From the NCBI GenBank assembly GCA_963662335.2, contig CAXXVD010000001.1, positions 224,001 to 288,000 of the forward strand: 64,000 nt of DNA, read 5' to 3'. Positions 51,157 to 61,248 of this stretch are shown piece by piece; position 1 is the first letter of the stretch; every line of letters starts with the position of its first letter. Source of the stretch: Chloroflexota bacterium (GTDB taxonomy: Bacteria; Chloroflexota; UBA11872; VXOZ01). The notes beneath the pieces were generated by a model, which saw only the letters and a list, made by a program, of their open reading frames with translations, was not told the DNA's origin and did no database searches. Made by a program: the position numbers and the translations under genes.

Positions 51157-52362
51157 ATGCGAATCCTCTATCTGACAACGTACTATCTTCCCCACAGCAG
51201 CGGCATCACGGCCTACATGCACCGCGTCGCCCGGGGGCTTGCCCAGCGCGGCCACACCGTCACGGCGCTCACGTCCCAGCACCACCCGTCGCTGCCGGCG
51301 GAGGAGTGGCTGGAGGGCGTGCGCGTTGTGCGGCTGCCGGCGCTCTTTCGCGTGAGCAAGGGGCCGGTCATGCCCGCGTTCTTTACGGCGCTGAGCCAGC
51401 ACCTCGCCGCCCACGATGTTGTGCACGTCCACCTGCCGTACTTCGAGGCGGCGTACGCGGCGCTGCTGAACCGGGGGCGCAGACCGCTCGTACTGACCGC
51501 CCATACCGACCTCTACCTGCCGGCCGGCATCGTCAACCGGGCGGCGAGCGCCGCCGTCAATCTGATGCAAGGCATTGCCGCGCGCCGCGCCGACTGGCTC
51601 TGCTCCTATACTTGGGACTTTGCCGCGCACTCCTATTTGCTCTCCCGATTTCTTGAGAAAGCGCTCGTCATCCATCCGCCGGTGGAGATAGAGACCGTGA
51701 CCGCGGCGGACGCCGCCGCTTTCCGCCGGGACTATAACTTGGAAGGGCCTATCATTGGCTTTGCCGGTCGCTTTGCCGAACAGAAGGGCCTCCACGTCCT
51801 GCTCGAGGCTTTCGCCGCCGTGCGCCGCCGCGTGCCGCAGGCGCGCCTGGTCATCGCCGGTGAGTACCGCAACGTCGTCGGCGAGAGCTACTACGCGCGG
51901 TTGCGCCCCCGGCTCGAGGCGTTCGGCGACCGCGTCGTCTTGCTGGGACACCAAGAGGGCGCGGCGCTGGCCGCCTTCTACGCCGCGTGCAACGTGCTCA
52001 CTTTGCCAAGCGTCAATCCCATGGAGTCATTCGGCATCGTGCAGGTGGAGGCCATGCTCTGCGGCACGCCGGTGGTCGCTTCCGACTTGCCGGGCTGCCG
52101 CCAAGCGGTGCGACTCACCGGCATGGGACGCATCGTGCCGCCGGGCGACGGCGCCGCATTGGCGGAGGCGTTGCTGGCGGTGTTGGCTGATCCCGCGCGC
52201 TACGCGAAACCGCGCGACGAGGTAGCACGAGTCTTCGACTACGAGCGCACGGTAGACTTGCATGAAGAACTCTATCGCACGAACCAAATCGTCCACGATG
52301 ACCGCGCGCCCGAGCTGGAGACAGCTTCGCAGGCGGCGCGCCAAACGCTGGAGGTGGAATGA
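51157..52362 (+). CDS. Glycosyltransferase family 4
   Basis: GFAGRFAEQKG, ESFGIVQVEAM (Ex7E), SDLPG. Confidence 0.9.
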   Translation: MRILYLTTYYLPHSSGITAYMHRVARGLAQRGHTVTALTSQHHPSLPAEEWLEGVRVVRLPALFRVSKGPVMPAFFTALSQHLAAHDVVHVHLPYFEAAYAALLNRGRRPLVLTAHTDLYLPAGIVNRAASAAVNLMQGIAARRADWLCSYTWDFAAHSYLLSRFLEKALVIHPPVEIETVTAADAAAFRRDYNLEGPIIGFAGRFAEQKGLHVLLEAFAAVRRRVPQARLVIAGEYRNVVGESYYARLRPRLEAFGDRVVLLGHQEGAALAAFYAACNVLTLPSVNPMESFGIVQVEAMLCGTPVVASDLPGCRQAVRLTGMGRIVPPGDGAALAEALLAVLADPARYAKPRDEVARVFDYERTVDLHEELYRTNQIVHDDRAPELETASQAARQTLEVE

Positions 52363-55300
52363 GTCGCCGCGCCGCTTCCGCACGATCGCGCAGATCTTCC
52401 CGCCGCTCCACACGGGCCGCGCCGCGGTTCATGTCGTTCTTCACCCTCTCCGCGCTTCCCCGGCACGGGCCGTGGCTGTTGCTCGCTCTGTTTCTCCTGG
52501 TGGGCGCGTGGTTTCGCTTCACCGGCCTGGACTGGGATTCCGGCGCGCATCTCCATCCGGACGAGCGGCACATCACCATCACACTTGCGCAGGTGCAATG
52601 GCCGGACTCCATCCCCCAGTACTTCGACGCGGCGACCTCGCCGCTGAACCCCTATAACCAGGGCATCGGTTCGTTCGTCTACGGCACGCTGCCGCTGTTC
52701 ATCACGAAGGCTGTGGCCGGGCTTGTAGACAAAGACGTCTACGACGGCGCGCATCTCGTCGGCCGCTTCCTTACGGCCGCGCTGGATGTGCTCACGATAC
52801 TCTTCGTCTTCCTCATTGCGCGGCGTTTGGGCGGCCTCTGGGCCGGGGCGCTGGCCGCCGGACTCTATGCCGGCGCGGTGCAGGCGATCCAGCAGGCGCA
52901 TTTCTATACCACCGACATCTGGGTGACGTGCTTTGCCACCGCCGCGCTCTGGTGGGCGCTGCGCTGGCAGGAGGAAGGGCGCTGGTACAACCTTGTCGGC
53001 GTCAGCGTCGTCGCCGGCCTGGCTCTGGCGAGCAAGCTGGGCGTGGCGATGCTGGCGTTCGGCATTGGCGCCGCCTTCCTGCTGCGGGCCTGGCGCGAGA
53101 CCCAGCCGACTGCGTCGAAGGCGCCCCCGGCTTTGGCCCTCACCACGCGCCTGCTGGCGCGTCTTGGCGGACACCTGCTTCTGGGCGGCATTCTGGTCTA
53201 TGGTGTCCTCCGCCTGCTCTTGCCCTACGTCTTCCGCTCGCCCTTCTGGTGGGATCCCCGGCCCGATGAGCGCTACACTCACGATATCGAGACGCTGCGC
53301 TTGTTGGCGGGAGGCACGGTGGACTTTCCCCCGTCGTATAGCTGGGCGCTGGCGGACTACGCGCTCTTTCCCCTGGAACAAATGTTCTTCTGGGAGATGG
53401 GCTGGGCCTTTGCGACCATAGCCTGGCTTGGATTGCTGTGGGGCGCGTGGCGCATTGCGCGGCACGGCGCGCCGGTGTTCGTTCCCGTCGTCGTGTGGGT
53501 GAGCGTTCATTACGTCTATCAAGCCATCCAATTCGCCAAGCCCGGCCGCTACTTCCTGCCCATCTACCCGGCTTTCGCCGTGCTGGGCGGGGTATTTCTC
53601 TGTTGGCTGGCGTACCAGATCGCACAGGGCAACGCGCACGCCTGGGCGCGACGGCTCATGTCGTACCTGCGTCCTTCCCAGGCAGAGAGATTCTTGCGTA
53701 ACTTCGCCACGCAGGCGGGATTGGGCCGCCTTGCGAAGATTCACCCTCACCCTCTCCCTCTCCCTCGAGGGAGAGGGGATTCTTCCGCTTCTGACCAAGG
53801 GTATGCACAGCATGCCGCGAACCCCAATGCAAAGGCTTCCGCAGGTGAGAAACCGCCATCCCGTCATTCCCGCGAAAGCGGGAATCCATCCTCCCGCAGG
53901 CGCTTCCTGCCCCACCTAGCCGTCGGCGTCGCCGCGCTCGTACTGCTCGGCACTTTGGCCTGGGCCTTTGCCTACACCCGCATCTACACCCAACCGACCA
54001 CGCGGGTACACGCCAGCCAATGGATATACCAAAACGTCCCGGCCAACTCGGTCCTGGCGGTAGAGCATTGGGACGACGGGCTTCCCCTGCGGCTGCCCAC
54101 GCCGGGCGTAGCGCCGGAGCAGTTTCGGTACGTCCAGCTTCCCGTCTTCTATCCCGACAATGCCGGCAAGCTGGATGAGATGATCGCGGCGCTGAATCAG
54201 GCGGACTACGTCGTGATTAGCAGCGGCCGCACCCACACCACGCTCTCAGGCCTGCCGGCGCGCTTCCCTATGATGGCCCACTACTACCGCCATCTCTTCG
54301 CAGGCAGCCTGGGCTTCGCGCGAGCGCAGGCCTTCACAAGCTATCCCCGGCTCTTCGGCTGGGAGATCAACGATAGCCGGGCGGAAGAGCAATTCAAGGT
54401 CTTCGACCACCCGGCGGTCTATCTCTTTAGGAAAACCGCCGACTATGATCCGGCGCGGGTGCGCACGCTGCTGGCGCCGCACCTCACGACGCTGCCCCAA
54501 GCGCTCGCGCCTCTACAGTTGACCTACAACGGCCTCTTGCTCACCGACGCGCGGCGCGCGGGACTCGAAGCCCAGGGCACGTGGTCCAGCTACTTCAACC
54601 GGGACAGCATCGTCAACGCCGCGCCGTGGCTGGTCTGGTGGCTGGCGGTGCTCTTCCTCGGCTGGATTGCGTGGCCGCTGCTCTGGCGCATGCTGCCCAT
54701 GCTCCCGGACCGCGGCTATCTGCTGGCGAAGAGCGTCGGGCTGCTCCTGCTGGCGTACCTGCCCTTCCTATTAGGGAGCAGCGGCGCGCTGACCGCCGGC
54801 CGCGCCGGGACGTGGCTCACGCTCGCGCTGCTCGCCTGCGCAGCCGCTTGGGCCGCGCGGCGCGCGTGGGCGCCGTTCACCGCGTTTCTGAGAGAACACC
54901 GCGCGGAAATCCTCATCAGCGAGGCGATCTTCAGCGGCGCCTTTCTCTTCTTCCTCTGGGTGCGCCTGACCAATCCCGACCTCTGGCACCCCTACTTTGG
55001 CGGCGAGAAGCCCATGGACTTTGCCCACATGAACGCGCTCGTCAAAGCCGGTCAGTACCCGCCCTACGACCCCTGGTTCGCCGGCGGCTACATCAACTAC
55101 TACTACATGGGACACCAGGTGTTCAGCACCCTGATTCGCCTGCTCGGCATCGTGCCGTCCGTAGCCTATAACCTGGTCGTGCCGCTGGTGGCGGCGCTGT
55201 TCGCGGCGAACGTCTACACGTTTGGCAGCGCGGTGTGGCGCCAGGCGGAGCGCGGCCTGCGGCTGCTGGCCGGAATCGGCGCCATCGTCTTTGCCGCGCT

Positions 55301-57011
55301 CCTGGGCAACGCGGACGGCGCGCTGCAATGGTTCTCTCGCCTGCGCGGTGAGGACGGCGCCGCGCCCGCCGGCCTCGCGTGGCTGGGAGAGGCCCTGGGC
55401 AACATCCTGCGGGGCGAGCCGCCCCCGGGCTTCGACTACTGGCACAGCACGCGCCTGATCGAGGGCGCAATCCATGAGTTCCCCTTCTTCAGTTTTCTCT
55501 ACGGCGACCTCCACCCCCACGTGCTGGCGCTGCCGTTCACCATGCTCATGCCCGCGCTGGCGCTGGCATTCGTCTTGAGCTACCGCAATGACCAGGACGA
55601 CGCGGCGCGGGCCGCCGGCTCCTCCGTGCTGGCGTGGCTGCGTCCGCTGCTGCGCTTTCCCACCTTGCCGCTGCTGCTGCTCGGCGGCTTCATATTAGGC
55701 TTCCTGCGCACGGCGAATACGTGGGACTACCCCACCTATGCTCTCCTAATTGGCGGAGCGGTGGTGTTGGTGGAGCGCCGGGGGCTGCTGCGCCTGGAGA
55801 TACCGGCGTGGGTGCGCGTGGGAACGGCTGCCGTCGGGCTGTTTCTGGTCGGACGCATCGCCTTTAGCCCCTATCTGGACCACTACCAAACTTTCTTCCT
55901 GGGCGTGGTCGGCGTGGACGAAAAGACTCCGCTTTGGGAGTACCTTGTCATTCACGCCGTGCCCCTCTTCTTCGCGGCAGTCTTCCTGCTGTGCACGCTG
56001 CCCCGCTGGCGCGCCACCGTGGACCTGCGCCTGGTGGGCGGGTTGGTCCTGCTGCTGGCGGCGCTTGGCATCTGGCTCGTGCAGCGGCCGCTCGTGCCGG
56101 CGCTCCTCGTCACCTTGGCGCTGGCGCTGGTGGTGGCGTTAGCGCCTCACGCCGCCCCGGACGCCCGCAGGACGCCGCCCCGCTCGGGCAAACGACGGCA
56201 GAGAACGCCGCAGCCCTTCCCACCTCTCGGCGCGCGTCCCGCGCGCCTGCTGGCCGGCATGGTAGCGCTAGCGGCGCTGCTGGGTATCTTCCCGGAGTTC
56301 TTCGCCATCGAGGGTGACGTGGGGCGCATGAACACGGTTTTCAAGTTCTACTTGCAAGCCTGGAACCTGCTGGCGCTCGCGGCCGCCGCGTCGCTGCCGC
56401 TGCTCTGGATGCGCTTCCCCGCAATTGCGCGGCGCGTTCTCGTGCCAATAGGCGCGGCGCTCGTCCTCCTAGCGCTCATCTATCCGCTCTCGGCTATACC
56501 CGACCGCGCCGAGCAGCGGTTGGTACCGGGACTGCGGACGCTGGACGGCGCGGCATTCATGGAGGAGGCCGTTATAGTCGACCAGGGCCGCCAAATACCG
56601 CTCACGTGGGACCTGGAGGCGATTCGCTGGCTGCAAGACCACGTGGCAGGCACGCCCACGGTCTTGGAAGCCACAATTCCGTATTTCCGCTGGGGCGCGC
56701 GGGTCGCGATTCATACCGGCCTGCCCACCGTGCTGGGGTGGGACTCCCACCAATGGCTCCAACGCGCGGAATACCGCCCCATGATCGAGCAGCGCCGGCA
56801 GGACGTGCAGACGATCTATGAGACCGCCGACCCATCCGAGGCGTTGGCGCTGCTGCGGCAATATGGCGTGGACTACCTCTATCTGGGCGACCTGGAACGC
56901 GCCTACTACACGGGGCCGGGCCTTGGAAAATTCGAGCAAATGGCGGAATTTGGCGTCATTCCCGTCTTCCGCAACGAGCGGGTGACGATCTACCGCATAG
57001 AACGGAGTTGA
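52359..57011 (+). CDS. Large membrane protein: GT-C/PMT-like N-terminus plus DUF2298 (Chlor_Arch_YYY); in-frame palindromic insertions
   Basis: HLHPDER, GGEKPMD, PPYDPWFAGGYINYYYMG, EFPFFSFLYGDLHPH, RMNTVFKFY, TGLPTVLGW; ATGA overlap with the GT4 gene. Confidence 0.88.
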   Translation: MSRRAASARSRRSSRRSTRAAPRFMSFFTLSALPRHGPWLLLALFLLVGAWFRFTGLDWDSGAHLHPDERHITITLAQVQWPDSIPQYFDAATSPLNPYNQGIGSFVYGTLPLFITKAVAGLVDKDVYDGAHLVGRFLTAALDVLTILFVFLIARRLGGLWAGALAAGLYAGAVQAIQQAHFYTTDIWVTCFATAALWWALRWQEEGRWYNLVGVSVVAGLALASKLGVAMLAFGIGAAFLLRAWRETQPTASKAPPALALTTRLLARLGGHLLLGGILVYGVLRLLLPYVFRSPFWWDPRPDERYTHDIETLRLLAGGTVDFPPSYSWALADYALFPLEQMFFWEMGWAFATIAWLGLLWGAWRIARHGAPVFVPVVVWVSVHYVYQAIQFAKPGRYFLPIYPAFAVLGGVFLCWLAYQIAQGNAHAWARRLMSYLRPSQAERFLRNFATQAGLGRLAKIHPHPLPLPRGRGDSSASDQGYAQHAANPNAKASAGEKPPSRHSRESGNPSSRRRFLPHLAVGVAALVLLGTLAWAFAYTRIYTQPTTRVHASQWIYQNVPANSVLAVEHWDDGLPLRLPTPGVAPEQFRYVQLPVFYPDNAGKLDEMIAALNQADYVVISSGRTHTTLSGLPARFPMMAHYYRHLFAGSLGFARAQAFTSYPRLFGWEINDSRAEEQFKVFDHPAVYLFRKTADYDPARVRTLLAPHLTTLPQALAPLQLTYNGLLLTDARRAGLEAQGTWSSYFNRDSIVNAAPWLVWWLAVLFLGWIAWPLLWRMLPMLPDRGYLLAKSVGLLLLAYLPFLLGSSGALTAGRAGTWLTLALLACAAAWAARRAWAPFTAFLREHRAEILISEAIFSGAFLFFLWVRLTNPDLWHPYFGGEKPMDFAHMNALVKAGQYPPYDPWFAGGYINYYYMGHQVFSTLIRLLGIVPSVAYNLVVPLVAALFAANVYTFGSAVWRQAERGLRLLAGIGAIVFAALLGNADGALQWFSRLRGEDGAAPAGLAWLGEALGNILRGEPPPGFDYWHSTRLIEGAIHEFPFFSFLYGDLHPHVLALPFTMLMPALALAFVLSYRNDQDDAARAAGSSVLAWLRPLLRFPTLPLLLLGGFILGFLRTANTWDYPTYALLIGGAVVLVERRGLLRLEIPAWVRVGTAAVGLFLVGRIAFSPYLDHYQTFFLGVVGVDEKTPLWEYLVIHAVPLFFAAVFLLCTLPRWRATVDLRLVGGLVLLLAALGIWLVQRPLVPALLVTLALALVVALAPHAAPDARRTPPRSGKRRQRTPQPFPPLGARPARLLAGMVALAALLGIFPEFFAIEGDVGRMNTVFKFYLQAWNLLALAAAASLPLLWMRFPAIARRVLVPIGAALVLLALIYPLSAIPDRAEQRLVPGLRTLDGAAFMEEAVIVDQGRQIPLTWDLEAIRWLQDHVAGTPTVLEATIPYFRWGARVAIHTGLPTVLGWDSHQWLQRAEYRPMIEQRRQDVQTIYETADPSEALALLRQYGVDYLYLGDLERAYYTGPGLGKFEQMAEFGVIPVFRNERVTIYRIERS

Positions 57012-57017
57012 ACACGC

Positions 57018-57198
57018 GCCCGGGGTGTGCGGTCTCCGCCGGGCGTTACCTCGCTCACCGGTGTGACCGTAGCGCGGGGGCTTGTCCCCCGCTTCTTGGG
57101 CCGAACATGCGCCCAGGGTTTGCCGTCTCCGCCCGGCGCTAGCCGCTCACCGATGTGACCGTAGCGCGGGGGCTTGTCCCCCGCTTCTTGGGCCGAAC
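57018..57198. repeat. Two ~92-bp direct repeats, each carrying a GTAG REP-like element
   Basis: TGTGACCGTAGCGCGGGGGCTTGTCCCCCGCTTCTTGGGCCGAAC repeated (REP cores at 57069 and 57161) with similar upstream halves. Confidence 0.8.
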
Positions 57199-57419
57199 GC
57201 ACGCGCCGCGCCGGGAAGGCGCTCAGACGCGCATCTACGCGAAGCGTCCGGGCAGGCGCGTCTGAACCTTGCCGCCTCGACTCTTTCGGTTTCCCATGCT
57301 CTCTCCGCGTGCGCGCGACCGGCCCTTTCACGGAGTTGACGCTTGCGTTAAAATGATAAGAGTAGGGCTTTCTCTATTTCTCGCATTTCACCCAGCGCAT
57401 TCATGAAGGAATCGGCAAC

Positions 57420-57905
57420 GTGGCAACGGTACGACTCATCGACACTGGCACGGCGGAGCGGGCGCAGGTAGCGGACGTGCCCGCGATGAAGCAAATCATC
57501 GACTACTACGCCAAGCAGAACCGCATGCTCTTCCGCTCGCTGGCGGAGCTTTACGGCGGCATCCGCGACTACGTGGTCTGGCGGCAAGACGGCGCGGTGG
57601 CCGGCTGCTGCGCCCTGCACGTCATGTGGAAGGACCTGGCCGAAGTGCGCGGCCTGGCGGTGCTGCCGGAGTACCAGGGTCAGGGCATTGGACGCCAACT
57701 CGTTGACGCCTGCGTGGCCGAAGCCCGCGAGTTGGGCATCAAGACCGTCTTCACGCTGACGCTGGAACCGCGCTTCTTCGAGAAGTGCGGCTTCCGGCGC
57801 GTGGAACGCGATACGCTCTCCATCAAAGTGTGGCAGGAGTGCTACCGCTGCCCGAAGTTCTCCAAGTGCGACGAGATCGCCATGATTCGCACGCTGCGCG
57901 AGTGA
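57420..57905 (+). CDS. GNAT N-acetyltransferase (short ArgA-like)
   Basis: MLFRS, LAEVRGLAV, QGQGIG, FTLT, KVWQECYRCPKFSKCDE. Confidence 0.85.
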   Translation: MATVRLIDTGTAERAQVADVPAMKQIIDYYAKQNRMLFRSLAELYGGIRDYVVWRQDGAVAGCCALHVMWKDLAEVRGLAVLPEYQGQGIGRQLVDACVAEARELGIKTVFTLTLEPRFFEKCGFRRVERDTLSIKVWQECYRCPKFSKCDEIAMIRTLRE

Positions 57906-58128
57906 CGCGAAAGCCGCCCTGCCACGCGGGTTAACACGGTCTTGCCGTGATTTGAAGAGAAATACCGTTGCGTTCTGCGGCCCGCCCTTCCAGATTCATA
58001 CTTTCTTTGCAATTCACACGTACGCTTAACTGTCAGAGCGCCAGAGCGGGCAGGAGTACACCCGCCAAGGGCCCCGGAGAGCGACGAGAGGTAAGCGTCC
58101 GCCACTGCGGAAGTGAAAGGTGCGCACT

Positions 58129-59619
58129 ATGTCCATGACGCGACGGTCGTTTCTACGTATTGCCGGCGGCGTGCCGCTGGCGGCAAGTCTCGCTTCCGGC
58201 TGCGGCTTCTTCGAAGACCTGGTCGGCGGGGACTCCGGCGACAAGACGGTCAACGTAGCGGTCTTCATTGCCCAGGGACAGGGGCAGGGAGGGAATTTCC
58301 AGGCGGCGCAGGCCGGCAACATCCTCGCCAACGTCCAGTCCGCGATCAACGAGATCAACGACCAGAATCTCGGCTTCCAGATGGACGTAAACCTGACGGT
58401 CGTGCCGCCGGGGCCAAACTTCAACTTTGCCGCCTTCTTCGGCCAGGCCAATAGCGCCGAACCAACGCCCACCCCCTTCAGCCCGATTGCCGAAACGCTT
58501 AACGAGGCCGCGGCGAGCGGGGCATTGGCCAGCGGCGATCCGCTTCCGGATCTGCTGATGATCAGCGACATGCGCGAACTGCCGCTCCTCTACGATGAAC
58601 GCATCATCGAGCCGTTCGAGCAGGCCACCCGCGTGGACGGCAGCATCGACCTCTCGGCGTTTGCCCCGGGCGCGCTTGAGGCCGTGACGTGGCAGGGGCA
58701 GGTGCTCGTCCTGCCGCTCTCCAGTTCCATCAACACCCTTACCTACGACGAGACTCTCCTGACCGACGCCGGCGTGCCGGCGCCCACCAGCGCCTGGACG
58801 TGGAACGAGATGATCGAGGCCGGCAAGCGCTTGACCTTTAGCGACGATACGGGCGGCCAGTGGGGAACGTACGCCCACGCCTCGGTGCCAATGCTGCTCA
58901 GCCTCATCTGGAGCCACGGCGGCGAGGTGTTCGACGCCCAGAACGGCGCCGTGCGGCTTTCCGAACCCGCCGCAATCAAGGGCATAGAAATGTGGCGCGA
59001 CATGATAACGTTCCACCAGATCGCGCCGAATCCGCCGGCCGGCACCTTTGCCTTCATGCGCTCCACCCGCAACGGCATGCAGGTAGTGAGTTTCGATGAA
59101 CTGCCCCAGCGCGGCGGCGGGGGTGGCGGCGGGGGCGGCGCGCAGCCCAGCGCCACCGCGCGCCTGGCAACGGCCGTGCGCTCCGGCGGCGGGCAGGGCC
59201 TGGGCGCGCAGCAAATCCACGCCGCGCCCTTGCCGGTTGATGCGCGCCAGGCCACCCAAGTGGCCCCGGCCGCGGGCATCGGCGTGGGCGCGCAGGCCAA
59301 GGATACCGGCCTGGCGGCACAGGCGGCAATGGTGCTCTCGCGGGAACTCTCCCAGTTGCCCGTGTCATTCTTCGGCTACCCGGTCTATAACGTCAGCGGC
59401 GAGCGCATCAAACAGGTGCGGCCCGGCTTGACTATCGAAGACGCCACCATCATCGCCGATGCGCTCGGCTACAGCCGCGGCCTCCCGCCCTTGATTGCGC
59501 CCTACTTGCAGTCCCTGTTCATGCAGCACCTCATGAACCCAATCTTGAGCGGCGAGAACACGGTGGCCGACGCGGCCCAGCAGATGTCGATCGCGCTGCA
59601 GGAGATGCTGCGGCAGTAG
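58129..59619 (+). CDS. Tat-exported lipoprotein, extracellular solute-binding protein (sugar-binding family 1-like)
   Basis: TRRSFL Tat motif, ASGC lipobox, PDLL, LTYDETLL..AGV..P..WTW. Confidence 0.75.
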   Translation: MSMTRRSFLRIAGGVPLAASLASGCGFFEDLVGGDSGDKTVNVAVFIAQGQGQGGNFQAAQAGNILANVQSAINEINDQNLGFQMDVNLTVVPPGPNFNFAAFFGQANSAEPTPTPFSPIAETLNEAAASGALASGDPLPDLLMISDMRELPLLYDERIIEPFEQATRVDGSIDLSAFAPGALEAVTWQGQVLVLPLSSSINTLTYDETLLTDAGVPAPTSAWTWNEMIEAGKRLTFSDDTGGQWGTYAHASVPMLLSLIWSHGGEVFDAQNGAVRLSEPAAIKGIEMWRDMITFHQIAPNPPAGTFAFMRSTRNGMQVVSFDELPQRGGGGGGGGGAQPSATARLATAVRSGGGQGLGAQQIHAAPLPVDARQATQVAPAAGIGVGAQAKDTGLAAQAAMVLSRELSQLPVSFFGYPVYNVSGERIKQVRPGLTIEDATIIADALGYSRGLPPLIAPYLQSLFMQHLMNPILSGENTVADAAQQMSIALQEMLRQ

Positions 59620-59674
59620 CTGCGGCCGGTTCACGGCGCTGTGCAGAACGCGGCTTTCGTTGCGGCACGAAAAG

Positions 59675-59706
59675 AGGAAGGGGCGGTTTGCGAACCGCCC
59701 CTTCCT
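59675..59706. terminator. Hairpin terminator between convergent genes
   Basis: 14-bp stem AGGAAGGGGCGGTT/AACCGCCCCTTCCT, A-tract on the left (U-tract on the minus strand). Confidence 0.75.
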
Positions 59707-59741
59707 GAGTCTGCGCTTCTGAATATGGAGCCGCCGCGCAA

Positions 59742-60479
<738 letters not shown>

Positions 60480-60696
60480 CGTTGCTGCTCCCTTGCGAAT
60501 GCGGCGCGTCTTTCTGCGCTGCGCGCGCAGACGCGCCAATAATCGAACTGAAGTCTGTTAGCTAGCGAAGAGACTTTCGCTATTGGGCACAGTAGCATCA
60601 TACACAACCATAGGACCGCACACACCCTCAAGAATCCAAGCGCTACGCCTGCAGGCAAGACACTCTCAGGCGCAGTGCTATAGTAAAGGTCTGCGT

Positions 60697-61248
60697 CTAG
60701 GCGCACGACAAAGTGGCAAGGGAAACCCTTGGCCCAACGAGTGTGTTGATAGTTATGTTCCCGTACTCTTCGGGCTCGAAGATCCGGTCCGGCCCTACCT
60801 TTACAGGCTGCTTGTCAAACTTGGGCGACAGTTTCTCGCCAATGCAAAAGTACCGGACGCGCACATCTGAATGGTCGGTCTCATTGCCGTACTCGATGTC
60901 ACAGACCGAGCGTAGATACTCCAGAAACGGCAGTGACCGTCGTAACTGTTCTCTGTAACTGGTGTCGTTGCTCAAAGTCTTCTTCAATTCGATTAGCACC
61001 GCATAGTTGTCGCCGTTCAAGGCATAGACGAGCAGATAGTCGCAGACTTGCTTCAATGAGCCTTCTCTTAGAGCTGAAAGATGACTAAACTTACTAAGGC
61101 GAATTGCCGCAATCGAATCGGAAAGCTTCACCACCGAGACTTCCATCTTGGACTTTGGGTCACGCTCACGAAGGACAATGGTGTCGCCTATTCGCGGCTC
61201 CAACACGCGCTGAGCCAAGACATCCGTCAACTTGCTACTCAGCGACAT
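60697..61248 (-). CDS. Hypothetical protein with PD-(D/E)XK-like motif; partner of the adjacent ATPase
   Basis: CDYLLV...VLIELKK...EQL; overlaps the ATPase stop; lower GC than flanks. Confidence 0.6.
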   Translation of the reverse strand: MSLSSKLTDVLAQRVLEPRIGDTIVLRERDPKSKMEVSVVKLSDSIAAIRLSKFSHLSALREGSLKQVCDYLLVYALNGDNYAVLIELKKTLSNDTSYREQLRRSLPFLEYLRSVCDIEYGNETDHSDVRVRYFCIGEKLSPKFDKQPVKVGPDRIFEPEEYGNITINTLVGPRVSLATLSCA

